From the IMG/VR virus record IMGVR_UViG_3300005263_000012, positions 25,431 through 89,430 of that record: a DNA stretch of 64,000 nucleotides. One strand, 5' to 3'. This document shows positions 28,456 to 39,102 of the stretch, one piece after another; the stretch's first letter is position 1; each line of letters starts with the position of its first letter. A program made the translations under genes and the position numbers. Below the pieces are notes generated by a model. That model saw nothing but the letters and a program-made list of their open reading frames with translations, was not told where the DNA came from and made no database searches. The DNA comes from a virus.

Positions 28456-28710
28456 ATGTCAAAAAAAATATACTCAGTTAGTAAACTCGAATTGTTAAAA
28501 TATAAACTTAAAAAAATAGTATTTATCAAAAATGAAAATCGTTGGGGTGCGCACCGGTATAAGTTCTGGGGCTGTAATTATAGTAAATCAATAACTATAG
28601 ATAACGTTGTTGAGATCAAAAATCCAACCGAGTTTGAGTGGAAAATAACATATAAACAACCACCTGCTGGACTTAGGAGAGTTCATTTGTATGATTGTGT
28701 TATGATGTGA
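28456..28710 (+). CDS. Hypothetical protein
   Basis: GAGGAG RBS. Confidence 0.5.
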   Translation: MSKKIYSVSKLELLKYKLKKIVFIKNENRWGAHRYKFWGCNYSKSITIDNVVEIKNPTEFEWKITYKQPPAGLRRVHLYDCVMM

Positions 28711-29210
28711 TTGAAAATAGGAGTTGAAATAAAATGTTACGAACTTCGCCAGCCTGCAATCACGCTGAAACCCCTTCAAAATGTGATAAAAACAGAAAGA
28801 GATGCACTGGAGTAACTTGTAAAGATTTTGAATTGAGAATGGGAGATGAAAGGGAGGTGAAATAAAATGAAACAACTTTATTTTGATGCAGAAACCGGAA
28901 TTCAATCTTATGCAAATTCTAAAGATGAACTACCAAGTGGAAAATGGTACTCCGTAGAAGACTATCATTTTCCTGTATATGATATTGATAGCAATTATTT
29001 AGGGTTTGTTCATTGGGACCAGTTTGTATATAAAAATCAAGTTTAAGAGAAGTGATAAATAATGTCACAAGTTGGCTGCAAAAGCACTAAAAAAGATGAT
29101 ACATTCCCAATTCAATATTGTGAAAATTGCGGATGTAACAGGGATTTTATAAGTTGTAGAAGTCATTTACGTGAATGAGAAAGGGAAATATTTTACAAGG
29201 AGTTATAAAA

Positions 29211-29498
29211 ATGTTAGACATTCAAAAATTAACCAATGAAGAACTCGGATTACTCCATCTCGGACTATCACGATTAATCGAAGAATCGTTAGACGAAAAT
29301 GATAAAATGCTACGTCTTCAGATGGTAGGCGAGCTTGACAAAGAAAAGAAGATCCGAGACGAAAATGGATTACAAAAAACGTTGGAAAATGTACATAAGA
29401 TATGTGAGATGACCGGAATGGATGAATCGAAATTGAGGGAGGAAGTTATAAGGGTATATAAAGAAACGCATCCAAATAAGCAGGTGAATCTAAAATGA
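29211..29498 (+). CDS. Hypothetical protein
   Basis: AGGAG RBS before the ATG at 29211. Confidence 0.5.
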   Translation: MLDIQKLTNEELGLLHLGLSRLIEESLDENDKMLRLQMVGELDKEKKIRDENGLQKTLENVHKICEMTGMDESKLREEVIRVYKETHPNKQVNLK

Positions 29499-29755
29499 AC
29501 ATTGAAATAATTCAAAATCCAGATAAAAGTATAACACTTTCAGGGAGCTTCGCTGAATATGAAATCTGTAATATATATTGCAATGCCTCCAAAAGTGACA
29601 GAAATAACTTAAATATGATGAAAGACCTTGCAGAAAGTTCTAAGCGAATGTCTGATTACTTGATGTGGATTTCTGAGTTAGTTAGGGTAAATGAATGTAT
29701 TGCATATCTAAAAAAGGTTGAGAAAAATCAAAGATTTACTTTAATCCTTTTTTAA
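29495..29755 (+). CDS. Hypothetical protein
   Basis: ATGA overlap. Confidence 0.5.
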   Translation: MNIEIIQNPDKSITLSGSFAEYEICNIYCNASKSDRNNLNMMKDLAESSKRMSDYLMWISELVRVNECIAYLKKVEKNQRFTLILF

Positions 29756-29768
29756 AAATGGTGGTAAA

Positions 29769-31997
29769 TTATACCACCTGCGCAGACCAACTAACCACTG
29801 TATCTGTTTCTGGCGCGGTTGAAGAGTGGATAGTCATTTCGGTAGCTGTTATTGATGCAGGATCTACCCAACAACTACCAACGTTTCCAAATGGGGTTAC
29901 GTTTATTCTCGTTGGGGTGGATGCTAGACTGTGTGATATTGTTACTGATGTTTGGGAGGCTGTTATTGTTGCTGTTCCGGTGTTTTCGGTTGTATAGCCA
30001 GGATTGTCTTTTATGATATTAGATGTTCCACCTAAATTAATTTTTAAACCGGTCATTCCGGTTATAACATTATTTATAACTGTATTCGAATGACTATTTG
30101 AGTCTGTGTATATCCCTCCTCCCCTGTTATGAGATGTGTCGTCGATTATATTATTTGATATTAATGCATTTTGAATATTTGTGATATAAATACCATACCC
30201 CTCGGTGTTTAAGACATTGCAGTTTATAATAGAGTTTTTTCTAATTTTTAATTGATTGTTGCTCGATAAAGCTTCATATGATATGTTAATACCAGTGCGA
30301 TTTGCGGAATCTATATAGTTAGAACTTATGTCAATAATAGATGAATTTGCAGATGAAACCAATATATATACACCCATATTTGGGCCTAAAATATAGTTAT
30401 TAGAAAAAATTAGTTTATCTATTTTTGTATATCCTAAATATATTCCATATCTTTGAGCACCAGATACCGAAACATATGGTAATATTATATTATTATGAAT
30501 ATAAAACGTTTTAATGTTTTGATCAAGTTGTCCAGAAGTGCTATTCATATAACTAAAAGAACCATTGAATATTATATTATTATATACATATTTTTCAGAA
30601 TTTTGGATAGATCCGCGTTTTGTAATAGCGGTTCCATTATAAATTGTATTATTATAAAAATTTGATATTAATGTGCCATCATTAAATGCCGCGTTTGTGC
30701 CAGATTGATGAATCTCATTATCGTGAACTATATAATTAAGTGTCGATGGGTGTGCATCTATTGTAGCTGATAATTCAGATCCGTACAGTACATTGTCTCT
30801 AATTATAATATCTCTATTAACTCCGTAATTTGCCGTATTGCCAGACATGACTGTATGTCTACATTCTCGAATATCACAATTATTAACAAGTATATTTGCG
30901 CAAGCATCATAAATAGATACACCGTATCCGTATCCATCCCGGTTGGAATTGCGGATATTACAGTTATCAATTTTTATATTAACACATCGTTGGAGTTGGA
31001 CAGCAGCAGTACCATTTTTCTGAAAAAACGAATCTTTTATAATAGAATTTTTACAGAATTGAAACTTTACACCAATATGTGCATCACTTGATGATAGGTT
31101 TAGAAACGTTCCACCGTTTAAATATACCGTGGGGGCATGATATATTTTAGCGGTTGCTATATCTGATAAAGTGTATGCGCGAACTAATCCTCTATCTAGT
31201 GTAACTGTATTGCTAGATATAGCCGTGATTAGATATGATTCTCCAGTCAATAAATCTGGATAATCGAGTGGACACCATTGAATATTATTATATAACGAAA
31301 TTATATCTCCAACTAGAACTCCCGTGATATCTGTGAGTGTTATTGTTTTTGTATTTATGGCAGAATCAGCAGATAGTGTTGTAGTTAAAACTAATTCTCC
31401 TGAAAATATAAACATTGGTTCTGATGAGGATATATTTTGAAACGTTGCGCCGGTTGCATCGATGTATATAGATTTCCCAGTAATTGAAATCGGATTAATG
31501 TTGTATGTACCTGGAGATATATTTATAGTTTCGTTTCCGTTTAATGAGTTTAGTGCCGCTTGTATACACTCATCATCTGAATCATACTTTGAACATATAA
31601 AATCAGCATCCCCCTTAACACCATCTTTACACACAGTAACAACATTTTTAAACTGCTTTCTTAAATCAGGAAGGTCACCCCATAAAGACTCACCATCACC
31701 AATCTTAGTAGCACCAGTATCAGTATCAAGTACGATCTGCCCACTCAAAAAAGGATCAGTCAACGCTGTCAAATTTGCCGTAGTATCTCTTGCGACCTGC
31801 ACAGGAACATTCTCAAGATCAAAAGTGCCTGCAATATACCCTAGAGAACTCCAAGCAGTTACACCATCGCCAATTTTCATTCTGTGAGTATCAGTTTCAA
31901 CTCCAAGTTCCCCCAATTTTAGAACAGGAGAAGGAGTCTTTGCAGCCCATTCAGCAGCAGTGCCCCTTCGCGGTTGAACAATGTCTTTTGGAGGCAT
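29769..31997 (-). CDS. Tailspike/receptor-binding protein: two Mtd-N-like repeats plus right-handed beta-helix
   Basis: RRGTAAEW...GELGVETDT..MKIGDGVTAW and a second ...GQIVLDTDTGATKIGDG repeat; DDECIQAALNSL...PGTYNI; long N/I-rich PbH1 repeats; no signal peptide. Confidence 0.75.
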   Translation of the reverse strand: MPPKDIVQPRRGTAAEWAAKTPSPVLKLGELGVETDTHRMKIGDGVTAWSSLGYIAGTFDLENVPVQVARDTTANLTALTDPFLSGQIVLDTDTGATKIGDGESLWGDLPDLRKQFKNVVTVCKDGVKGDADFICSKYDSDDECIQAALNSLNGNETINISPGTYNINPISITGKSIYIDATGATFQNISSSEPMFIFSGELVLTTTLSADSAINTKTITLTDITGVLVGDIISLYNNIQWCPLDYPDLLTGESYLITAISSNTVTLDRGLVRAYTLSDIATAKIYHAPTVYLNGGTFLNLSSSDAHIGVKFQFCKNSIIKDSFFQKNGTAAVQLQRCVNIKIDNCNIRNSNRDGYGYGVSIYDACANILVNNCDIRECRHTVMSGNTANYGVNRDIIIRDNVLYGSELSATIDAHPSTLNYIVHDNEIHQSGTNAAFNDGTLISNFYNNTIYNGTAITKRGSIQNSEKYVYNNIIFNGSFSYMNSTSGQLDQNIKTFYIHNNIILPYVSVSGAQRYGIYLGYTKIDKLIFSNNYILGPNMGVYILVSSANSSIIDISSNYIDSANRTGINISYEALSSNNQLKIRKNSIINCNVLNTEGYGIYITNIQNALISNNIIDDTSHNRGGGIYTDSNSHSNTVINNVITGMTGLKINLGGTSNIIKDNPGYTTENTGTATITASQTSVTISHSLASTPTRINVTPFGNVGSCWVDPASITATEMTIHSSTAPETDTVVSWSAQVV

Positions 31998-32290
31998 TAA
32001 GGCGTGCCTCCGTCAATCATGTTCCATCCTATGATTATTTGTAGCTTATCAGTATTTGTCATTCCAGCAGTTTCAATGTAGGTGATTACTCCACTTGAGA
32101 TTGAAATATCAATACCGTTCTCATTAAGGAGAGCACGACGTTTTCTAGGCTCCCTATAATCATATATTCCCGCGCCAATAGTCAAATTAAAAATAGAAAG
32201 AATTTCCTCGATTTTCAGGTCAGAATAAGCAGCACCGAGAGTGATAGTTTTTGCAGAGGCATTAAGGGTGTAGTCCGTGATGATGGTCAT
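31997..32290 (-). CDS. Putative tail-fibre adaptor or partner protein
   Basis: YTLNASAKTITL...MTNTDKLQI pattern seen at phage fibre N-termini; TAATG-coupled to the spike. Confidence 0.45.
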   Translation of the reverse strand: MTIITDYTLNASAKTITLGAAYSDLKIEEILSIFNLTIGAGIYDYREPRKRRALLNENGIDISISSGVITYIETAGMTNTDKLQIIIGWNMIDGGTP

Positions 32291-32514
32291 GAGGTCACCA
32301 GAAAAGGAGTTTTAAATTATATATCATAAGAAGTATATATTATTCAAATGAATAAAAACTTTTGTATTGATGTCCTAATATAGAATTATTTCAATTTTAA
32401 AAAGATGACCTTCTGAGAGGCCATATAATCAAGTAAAAAAGAGTAAGTAATGTAAGTGCCTTAATCAAATGAAAAAAGTTCAAAGAAGCTCGTCTGAGTG
32501 CTTTGCAAATATAC

Positions 32515-32832
32515 CTACTCCTTTGCTCTGGTGGTTCCGTCGTTATTAAAATCAAACATTGTTTTACTAATCTTCTGCTCAGAAACTTGCAGTATCTTTG
32601 CAAGTTCTAAAAGTTGTTGCTGTTCTTTTATATGTTCTTCAAGGGATATCGTAGATTCTGCCTCGAAAAACCCAATATGTAATTCAAGAATATCGTTTTG
32701 AAATTTAAACCCGTATGCTATGTTAGTGTCTTTATCGATGGAGAAATAGTCTCCTCCGTTGATGATAGTTGTTTCATAACCATATTGCCTAGCTTTTTGT
32801 TCAACTTTGAGTATTTGTTCAATTGGTATCAT
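32515..32832 (-). CDS. Hypothetical protein
   Basis: ORF track. Confidence 0.5.
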   Translation of the reverse strand: MIPIEQILKVEQKARQYGYETTIINGGDYFSIDKDTNIAYGFKFQNDILELHIGFFEAESTISLEEHIKEQQQLLELAKILQVSEQKISKTMFDFNNDGTTRAKE

Positions 32833-32834
32833 CT

Positions 32835-33101
32835 TTATTCACCTTCTATTTTAAAATCTAATAATTCAATTCCTATTATCTGTTCATCAGAATTCAAATC
32901 TAAAATATAATCACCGTGGTCTTCAGAAACTTGATAACCATCTTCCCAAGTTAAGGATATAATATGGATATCAGCTTCATAATCATAAGATACTGTTCTC
33001 CCATCTAACTTAGGAAAGTCTGTAATTGTTTTTTCAAGATGTTTGATTAGGTCGTTTAGTTGTTTTGGGGTTAGAGATTCATTCGTAGGTTTGAAATCCA
33101 T
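32835..33101 (-). CDS. DUF2283-domain protein
   Basis: YDYEAD...I...ILDLNSDEQIIGIELLD. Confidence 0.7.
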   Translation of the reverse strand: MDFKPTNESLTPKQLNDLIKHLEKTITDFPKLDGRTVSYDYEADIHIISLTWEDGYQVSEDHGDYILDLNSDEQIIGIELLDFKIEGE

Positions 33102-33291
33102 TTTAAGACATCTCCTTAAATAACTTCTGAATTTATAACTTTATAACCAAATGATTCCTCTTTTTGAGTAGAACTACATAAACAGTTGCAATGTTTAACG
33201 GATCTAGTAAGTTCTTCTTTTGCAGCGTTGATATTGCCCGTATATTCAATTGTTACTTTAAGAGTTACGATTTCCTGCATTTAATCACCTA

Positions 33292-33492
33292 TTATCTAAA
33301 TTTCAAAACTCTCTTCCCAACATCCCTAAGATGATCGCGGTTCCATATATCACATTCTTCGATTATACCTTCCTCTACTATTGGGTCCCAATCAATAGGT
33401 AATAAACCGACATCTGCTTCTTGCCAGACTTCTAGATCCGGATCATGTGTTTGCAGAAGTGTGATTAAGTCTTTTACTGTTATTCTTGACAT
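33292..33492 (-). CDS. Hypothetical protein
   Basis: TVKDLITLLQTHDPDLEV, a common phage small-protein start. Confidence 0.55.
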   Translation of the reverse strand: MSRITVKDLITLLQTHDPDLEVWQEADVGLLPIDWDPIVEEGIIEECDIWNRDHLRDVGKRVLKFR

Positions 33493-33787
33493 TGATATTC
33501 AACCTCATTTCTTAACCCATAATTCACATTTAAAGTCAGGAAAGGTTACAACATCGTAATACTTACAAGTTGCCTTGTCTCCCAAATCAGACTGTACCCA
33601 CAAAAGACACGTTTTTCATCTTTTATTAGACGGGAACACCTTTTTGATAAGAGATCTAAACAAATTAAATTTTTGTGTGCCTGTTTGATTCTGAATTAGC
33701 ACTTGTTTTTGTTCCGCTTCAAATTTTGCATATGAATTTAATAATTTGAGTTTTGATTTTTTATCTATCATTGATCCGTTCATATTA

Positions 33788-34012
33788 TCACCTCTTATTC
33801 TTTAACCAGTTAGAATACCTATATTGTTCAATTTTGTCATAAATACAAATCCCCAAAATGAATAAAAGGATAGATGAAAATATTTTAGTAGATATATCAA
33901 TAGAGATTAAGTTTAATCTGCATAGCAAGAGTAAAATGAGGATTCCAAATAAGCAGGAATCTATCAAAAAATGAGTTATTCTATTATAAAGAGGATCTGG
34001 AATTACAGCCAT
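33788..34012 (-). CDS. Two-TM membrane protein
   Basis: Two hydrophobic helices. Confidence 0.45.
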   Translation of the reverse strand: MAVIPDPLYNRITHFLIDSCLFGILILLLLCRLNLISIDISTKIFSSILLFILGICIYDKIEQYRYSNWLKNKR

Positions 34013-34189
34013 ATAGTTACACCCCTATTTTTTGATAAATATAACATCGTTCTCCCACTACAATGTCTGTTTTACAGTCGCCTTCTCCTGGTGTCTGATC
34101 GCACTCAGAACAATATTTTTCAGTGGATGGAGGAATTGGATTTCCCCATGCGTGTTTACAGCCGATTATTTTAGATTTAGGTTTTTGTT

Positions 34190-34483
34190 TCATATTTTCC
34201 CCTTTTTAAAGGCATTAAAATTATTTACTCGGTCCATATGTATTCTCTGTTGCATTGCCTCCAGCTTACGTCTAGATGCTTCGTAGCCGCTTAATTCATC
34301 CAATTGCTCTATGTAGTTGGGTTTGTTACAACATTTAGCATTTAAATTAATGAACTGTGTAATCTCTAAATCATGTAGTCCCATTAACTTCGCTCGGTAC
34401 ATAACTTGTAGTTTCAACTTAGTGTAGTCGTTTTCTGAAAGACTATATAGATTTCCACATGAACTACATTTGAATTTATACAT
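34190..34483 (-). CDS. Zn-ribbon hypothetical protein
   Basis: CSSCG...CC. Confidence 0.55.
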   Translation of the reverse strand: MYKFKCSSCGNLYSLSENDYTKLKLQVMYRAKLMGLHDLEITQFINLNAKCCNKPNYIEQLDELSGYEASRRKLEAMQQRIHMDRVNNFNAFKKGKI

Positions 34484-34847
34484 TTGAACATCTCCTAATA
34501 GCTCTCTCTACAAACTCCACACCATATGTCATTTGATACCCTCTAAACTTCTCACAGAACATCTTTGCACCGTCCTCCGCTGAAAGTTCAGGATGGTTTC
34601 TGACAAAGAGCTCAATGTCATTATGAAACGTTGGTAAATCGTGCTCCTTATAATAATCGAAGAATCTTTCTTTTACTGTGTACATGTCGGAGATTTTGGG
34701 GTTTAATTTTCTCCATTCAATTCGGGCTTTCCGATATTCGAGATTGTTATTGAGATGTGTTTTTAGATCTTTGTAATATGTGGGATCTATGGGAGTTGAG
34801 ATTGGTTCAGATGATGGTTTATGGTAAAGGATATCTGAGATTTGCAT
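34476..34847 (-). CDS. Hypothetical protein
   Basis: ORF track; operon overlap. Confidence 0.55.
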   Translation of the reverse strand: MQISDILYHKPSSEPISTPIDPTYYKDLKTHLNNNLEYRKARIEWRKLNPKISDMYTVKERFFDYYKEHDLPTFHNDIELFVRNHPELSAEDGAKMFCEKFRGYQMTYGVEFVERAIRRCSNV

Positions 34848-35054
34848 TTAATCCTCGTGTTTTGATGGTATTATCAAGGGAATAAGTTTGGCATCTGGGT
34901 TAAAATCAGTAATATACTCCTTCCCGGTTGGTGTAAGTGTGTAATAAACTTTAACAAGTGTGGAAAACTTGTCAGATCGGATATTCGAGACATCACCTAC
35001 ACAGTCCATATAAAATATGTCAAAACCATCAATGTGTGTGCAGCTGTCTTCCAT
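34848..35054 (-). CDS. Hypothetical protein
   Basis: GGAGG RBS. Confidence 0.5.
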   Translation of the reverse strand: MEDSCTHIDGFDIFYMDCVGDVSNIRSDKFSTLVKVYYTLTPTGKEYITDFNPDAKLIPLIIPSKHED

Positions 35055-35504
35055 TTGTTATTCCTCCGTCCTCATCACTTGTCTAATCGGTATACTTCTC
35101 CAATATGAACTCATACATGGAGATTCATGTTTAATGCCTGCTGGAAAATGATAAGCTTCTGTGCCAGGATATTCCATTTGGAAGGTGAACGCAGACGTGT
35201 TTGTTTTATCTCTCATTGTGACCACCTCTTCCACTCAGGATCATTAAGAGGATCTTGTCTGCATGGTTTCGCTTCAAACATGATTCGGTTGATGTCGTCG
35301 GCTAGAGGATCTAGATTAAAGAGTGTTTGGAAAACGCTTTTGTGTGGGGATGTCATAAAGATCACCTTTGAAATGTGTAGATTTGTGCCCAAAATTTACA
35401 GCGGGATTCGTTTGGATAACCATTCACAGCGCATTTATCAGACCACGAAGAGCATGTTTCGTTTTTAGAGACAGCTCCGTTACAAATACACTTAAAAGAG
35501 GAGA

Positions 35505-35783
35505 TCATACTCTCACGTCCCTGGCATTGATTTCCCTTAATTTTTTAGAAAAGGAAACAGGAGTTACGAACATTCGACCATAATCAGCGACTACGTACCC
35601 TTTGCATGGGGAGCCTTCTAGAACGAATATTTTAACTCGGAAAGCGTCACTTTCGTATGAATCGAGGGGATTACTTTCCAACCAGGCTCTTTGGCCTGGT
35701 TTAGTGTGATAAGCTTCTTCGACTTTACGTTTTGCTTTATCGATAGCGGCATTCATTTTTAGATCTTTCCAACCATCCGACAT
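35505..35783 (-). CDS. Hypothetical protein
   Basis: GGAGG RBS. Confidence 0.55.
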   Translation of the reverse strand: MSDGWKDLKMNAAIDKAKRKVEEAYHTKPGQRAWLESNPLDSYESDAFRVKIFVLEGSPCKGYVVADYGRMFVTPVSFSKKLREINARDVRV

Positions 35784-35919
35784 TATTATTCCTCCTTGAT
35801 TATCCCATCAGCGTTAACAAAAACAATAAAAGTAGGAATTTGTTTCCTAGACTTTTCAAAAAATATAGATTCGTGTATATCATTCTGTACCGGGAGAGTT
35901 GTTTGCATGTGTACGCCCC

Positions 35920-38013
35920 TCATACCAACTTCACATGATCAACACTAGGTTTTAACAAATCGCCTCTCTGTGCAAATTTCTTGAGGTTAGACTCAACCTT
36001 TTCCTTATCAATCCCTTGCTCTCCCGCTTTAATTACAACTTCAGAAACTGGGATTTTACCACCTGGAAACTTACCGCTAAGTGACTTCAGAATATCTTTA
36101 ATAATCTTTGCATTGTTCCTCTGGCTCAACGAAACGCCAGAATTGAGGATACTAGCGTCTACTTCGCCTGTTTTTGGATCAAGTCCAACGTTTTTAAGAC
36201 AGTATAACATAAGTCTAGTTGCTCTTTTTGCATCTTCGAGAGTGATCTCATTACTAAGTCGGACTCTAGCGGATGCTTCAGCAAGCCGTACCATTGCTTC
36301 CTCCTGCCGTTTTGTAATTGGTACTGACTCTGTTTTGCTGTTGGCTCCCGCTCTTCTCAGCGACATATAAAAAGAGTGAATGTGTTCTATTGCTTCTTCA
36401 GATAACGAAGGAAACACATGCATTTTGGCATATGCTACATACTTTTTAAACATATCAATTGATATATCGGGAGTAATATGTCTTTCAGCTTCTTCAGCAA
36501 GAACCGAATCTACTGTAACAATTCCAGACTGTTTCTGCTGTTGTAATTCACCCGCGAGATGTGTGTTTAACATGTACATTGAGACATCTGAATCTATACG
36601 CTCATCTGGTGTATCAAGCATGACAAAAATTAGATCGAATCTGGATAGTAAACTCGGTTTTAAGTCTATTTGTTCAGCCAGATGTTCATATTTATCGAAC
36701 TTGCCATTTTTAGGATTAGCAGCCATGAACACCGACGTTCTTGTTTTGAGAGTTGCCATTATGCCGGCTTTTGAGAGGTTGATTTCCTGCTGTTCCATTG
36801 CGTCGTGAAGTGCGTCTCTGTCGGATGGCCTCATTTTATCGGCTTCGTCAATGAAAGCTATACCTTTGTCAGCCAATACGAGAGCCCCGCCCTCCACAGT
36901 CCAGCGCCCTTCCCCAAATTCGTTGTCTTTCACGACTATAGCTGTAAGGCCACCTGCTGAAGATGCGGGCCCGGAAGCAAAAACTGCCCTCGGGCTTCTA
37001 GCCTGCAAAGACTTCATTAGTTTGGATTTACCTACAGACGGATCACCGCAGAAAAGTATATGACTGTCTCCTCTAATGTAACTTCCATCAGGGAGGAACT
37101 TCGGGACTCCTCCGAACTGTTGTAATACCATTGCTTCTTTAACTTCGTCCATTCCCTTAATTACAGGAGCAGCGGAGTTTACCATTTTAAAGTAGATTGA
37201 GGGATCTTGAGACAGTTCGATTATTTCTTCTTCATCCGATGAAGAGATTTCAACTTCGTCATAAGTCGTATCAATTTTCTCAATCGAATTTGCTTCTAAG
37301 TAAAGGTCATAATATACAGACTTTCCATCTTTAAGAGATCTCTGTCTTGATCGAAGGATACCATTAACGACAACGCGCTCACCTGGTAATATGATTCCGG
37401 TGAGATCATCGTCCGCGTCAACGTCTATACTCTGTGCCTGCGTGCCTCTAAGATCTTCTGGGGGTTCTTGGATCTGGAGCTTTTGAGAATCAATAAATGT
37501 TGATTCGTCGATTAATACTTTGAAAGGGCCTTTCTTACCGCATGTTTCCTCTTCACACCCTAAGAAAGGTTCCTCGAACTTGTATCCGTTGACCTGATCA
37601 ACGTAGGTTATATGTTCGCACCTCATACACTGGAAAGCAGCCTTTGTAATACGTGGTCTTACTTCGGTAGCTTTCCTTATCATCCCGTCTAGAGAAATGA
37701 GTTTGCTAATATGTTTACTTCTGAGATCTCCGATTCTTACCTTAGAAGGAATGTCTATAATCCTGACATAAACGTCATCAAAAGACTTATCTATAGGCAG
37801 ATCTATTTCTTTTAATGCCGTTGTGAGTTCTTCAATTGTTTGGGATGGTCTAGTAAGAACGTCTTCGGCAAGGTCGCTATTAAAAAGATCTATCATTGGG
37901 TAACGGATATACAGACTTCGGCTGTCTGGGTATTCGTTAGCCAGTTGTAAAATTTCATTCCAGCAGTATTCTTTCAGGAATTTTTTATAAATTGGGTTTT
38001 CTGTTTTAGTCAT
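35920..38013 (-). CDS. mcm: MCM replicative helicase
   Basis: Zn finger CMRC...CEEETC; Walker A GDPSVGKS; SSAGGLT; Walker B IDEADKM; arginine finger SRFD; C-terminal wHTH; no intein. Confidence 0.97.
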   Translation of the reverse strand: MTKTENPIYKKFLKEYCWNEILQLANEYPDSRSLYIRYPMIDLFNSDLAEDVLTRPSQTIEELTTALKEIDLPIDKSFDDVYVRIIDIPSKVRIGDLRSKHISKLISLDGMIRKATEVRPRITKAAFQCMRCEHITYVDQVNGYKFEEPFLGCEEETCGKKGPFKVLIDESTFIDSQKLQIQEPPEDLRGTQAQSIDVDADDDLTGIILPGERVVVNGILRSRQRSLKDGKSVYYDLYLEANSIEKIDTTYDEVEISSSDEEEIIELSQDPSIYFKMVNSAAPVIKGMDEVKEAMVLQQFGGVPKFLPDGSYIRGDSHILFCGDPSVGKSKLMKSLQARSPRAVFASGPASSAGGLTAIVVKDNEFGEGRWTVEGGALVLADKGIAFIDEADKMRPSDRDALHDAMEQQEINLSKAGIMATLKTRTSVFMAANPKNGKFDKYEHLAEQIDLKPSLLSRFDLIFVMLDTPDERIDSDVSMYMLNTHLAGELQQQKQSGIVTVDSVLAEEAERHITPDISIDMFKKYVAYAKMHVFPSLSEEAIEHIHSFYMSLRRAGANSKTESVPITKRQEEAMVRLAEASARVRLSNEITLEDAKRATRLMLYCLKNVGLDPKTGEVDASILNSGVSLSQRNNAKIIKDILKSLSGKFPGGKIPVSEVVIKAGEQGIDKEKVESNLKKFAQRGDLLKPSVDHVKLV

Positions 38014-38016
38014 CGA

Positions 38017-38457
38017 TTAAGCCTCGTTCAATAATGGAATCATCCAATTTCTTACTTCATTTGCAGATTTAAACCAAAACACACCAGCGTTTTTGTTCCA
38101 ATCCAACGATCCATTGTTATATTGGGTTAACAGGACATCTTTTTTGAGTTGGAATTTATCAATACGTTTTTGTTCAATGTTTGGATCAGTCTGTTTTTTA
38201 TATTTTGGCTCGGTTGGTTGGAGTTGTTTTATAAGTCGGTAATTAGCAAGAGCTTTCCTTTCTTCGTCTAACTCTTGTTCGAGCATTTGAATACGTAATT
38301 CAGAAGCTTTCTCTGGGTTATATTGTGAAATGATATTGAGTGCGCCTAGCTCTATAGCATCTCTGTAGTTTTTATGATGGTCATGACTTACGAGATCATA
38401 CTCCGTTTTTATAGCCAGATCAATTAACGTTGTAATTTTTATCAGAGTCATACGCAC
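38017..38457 (-). CDS. Hypothetical protein upstream of MCM (candidate initiator or helicase loader)
   Basis: Operonic position between the RHH gene and MCM; coiled coil. Confidence 0.6.
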   Translation of the reverse strand: MRMTLIKITTLIDLAIKTEYDLVSHDHHKNYRDAIELGALNIISQYNPEKASELRIQMLEQELDEERKALANYRLIKQLQPTEPKYKKQTDPNIEQKRIDKFQLKKDVLLTQYNNGSLDWNKNAGVFWFKSANEVRNWMIPLLNEA

Positions 38458-38467
38458 CCACCTATCT

Positions 38468-38710
38468 TTATTTAGCCAACTTTTGTTCCCGCAGCTTCTC
38501 TATCTGGTTTAAGCTTTTTTCAAGATCCAATAACTTGATTTTCGTTTCATTAATCAGGAATTTAAAGTAGTCTTCGTTTGATGTATTGTTAAGAATTGTA
38601 TCGAGTCCAAGATCTAAAGCATCGGAAAAGGTCATTTCATGAAAATGTTTCAGTTTTTCAAACAGTTCTTTTTTTTCGATGTCTATTGTAAGCGTTATAT
38701 TAGTTTTCAT
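38468..38710 (-). CDS. RHH-like protein
   Basis: MKTNITLTID...TFSDALDLGL. Confidence 0.55.
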   Translation of the reverse strand: MKTNITLTIDIEKKELFEKLKHFHEMTFSDALDLGLDTILNNTSNEDYFKFLINETKIKLLDLEKSLNQIEKLREQKLAK

Positions 38711-38722
38711 TTATTTTTCACC

Positions 38723-38934
38723 TTTTTGAAAAAATACTCTATATGGTAATTTTTAAATTTACTCCGTACTACTACGTACTAACTAGTACGTAGTAAAAAA
38801 TAGCCTAGGCTATTTTTCTATACTGGTCAGCCAGCCGATGCGTACTTTATTTTGGGGTCTGGGGTTTTAGTACTCCGTATTAGTACGTAGTAGTTATGTT
38901 TTATTTTCACCCCCATAGAGTATTTTTTCAAAAA
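38723..38934. repeat. Nested inverted-repeat/palindrome element; candidate replication origin
   Basis: 20-bp IR 38723-38742/38915-38934; 15-bp IR 38768-38782/38880-38894; 12-bp-stem palindrome 38770-38795; 22-bp palindrome 38796-38817; TACTCCGTA direct repeat at 38760 and 38871. Confidence 0.75.
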
Positions 38935-39102
38935 CAGGAATTATAATCTGTACAAAATTTTTAGGTATAGTTGTCAGAAGTCTAGGCATTTTATCTCCTC
39001 TATTACATATTATGTATCATGTTACATATATACTTTACGTATTTAGAATCATGATACATAAATCTTATATACCATATGTGGGATATCATATATGGATAAC
39101 AT

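Noticed and set aside
29769-31997. Diversity-generating retroelement targeting the Mtd-like spike
   Set aside because: No reverse transcriptase and no template/variable repeat pair seen; only the N-terminal anchor resembles Mtd
35981-37063. Plus-strand ORFs of 70-142 aa within mcm
   Set aside because: Antisense shadows of a strongly supported gene
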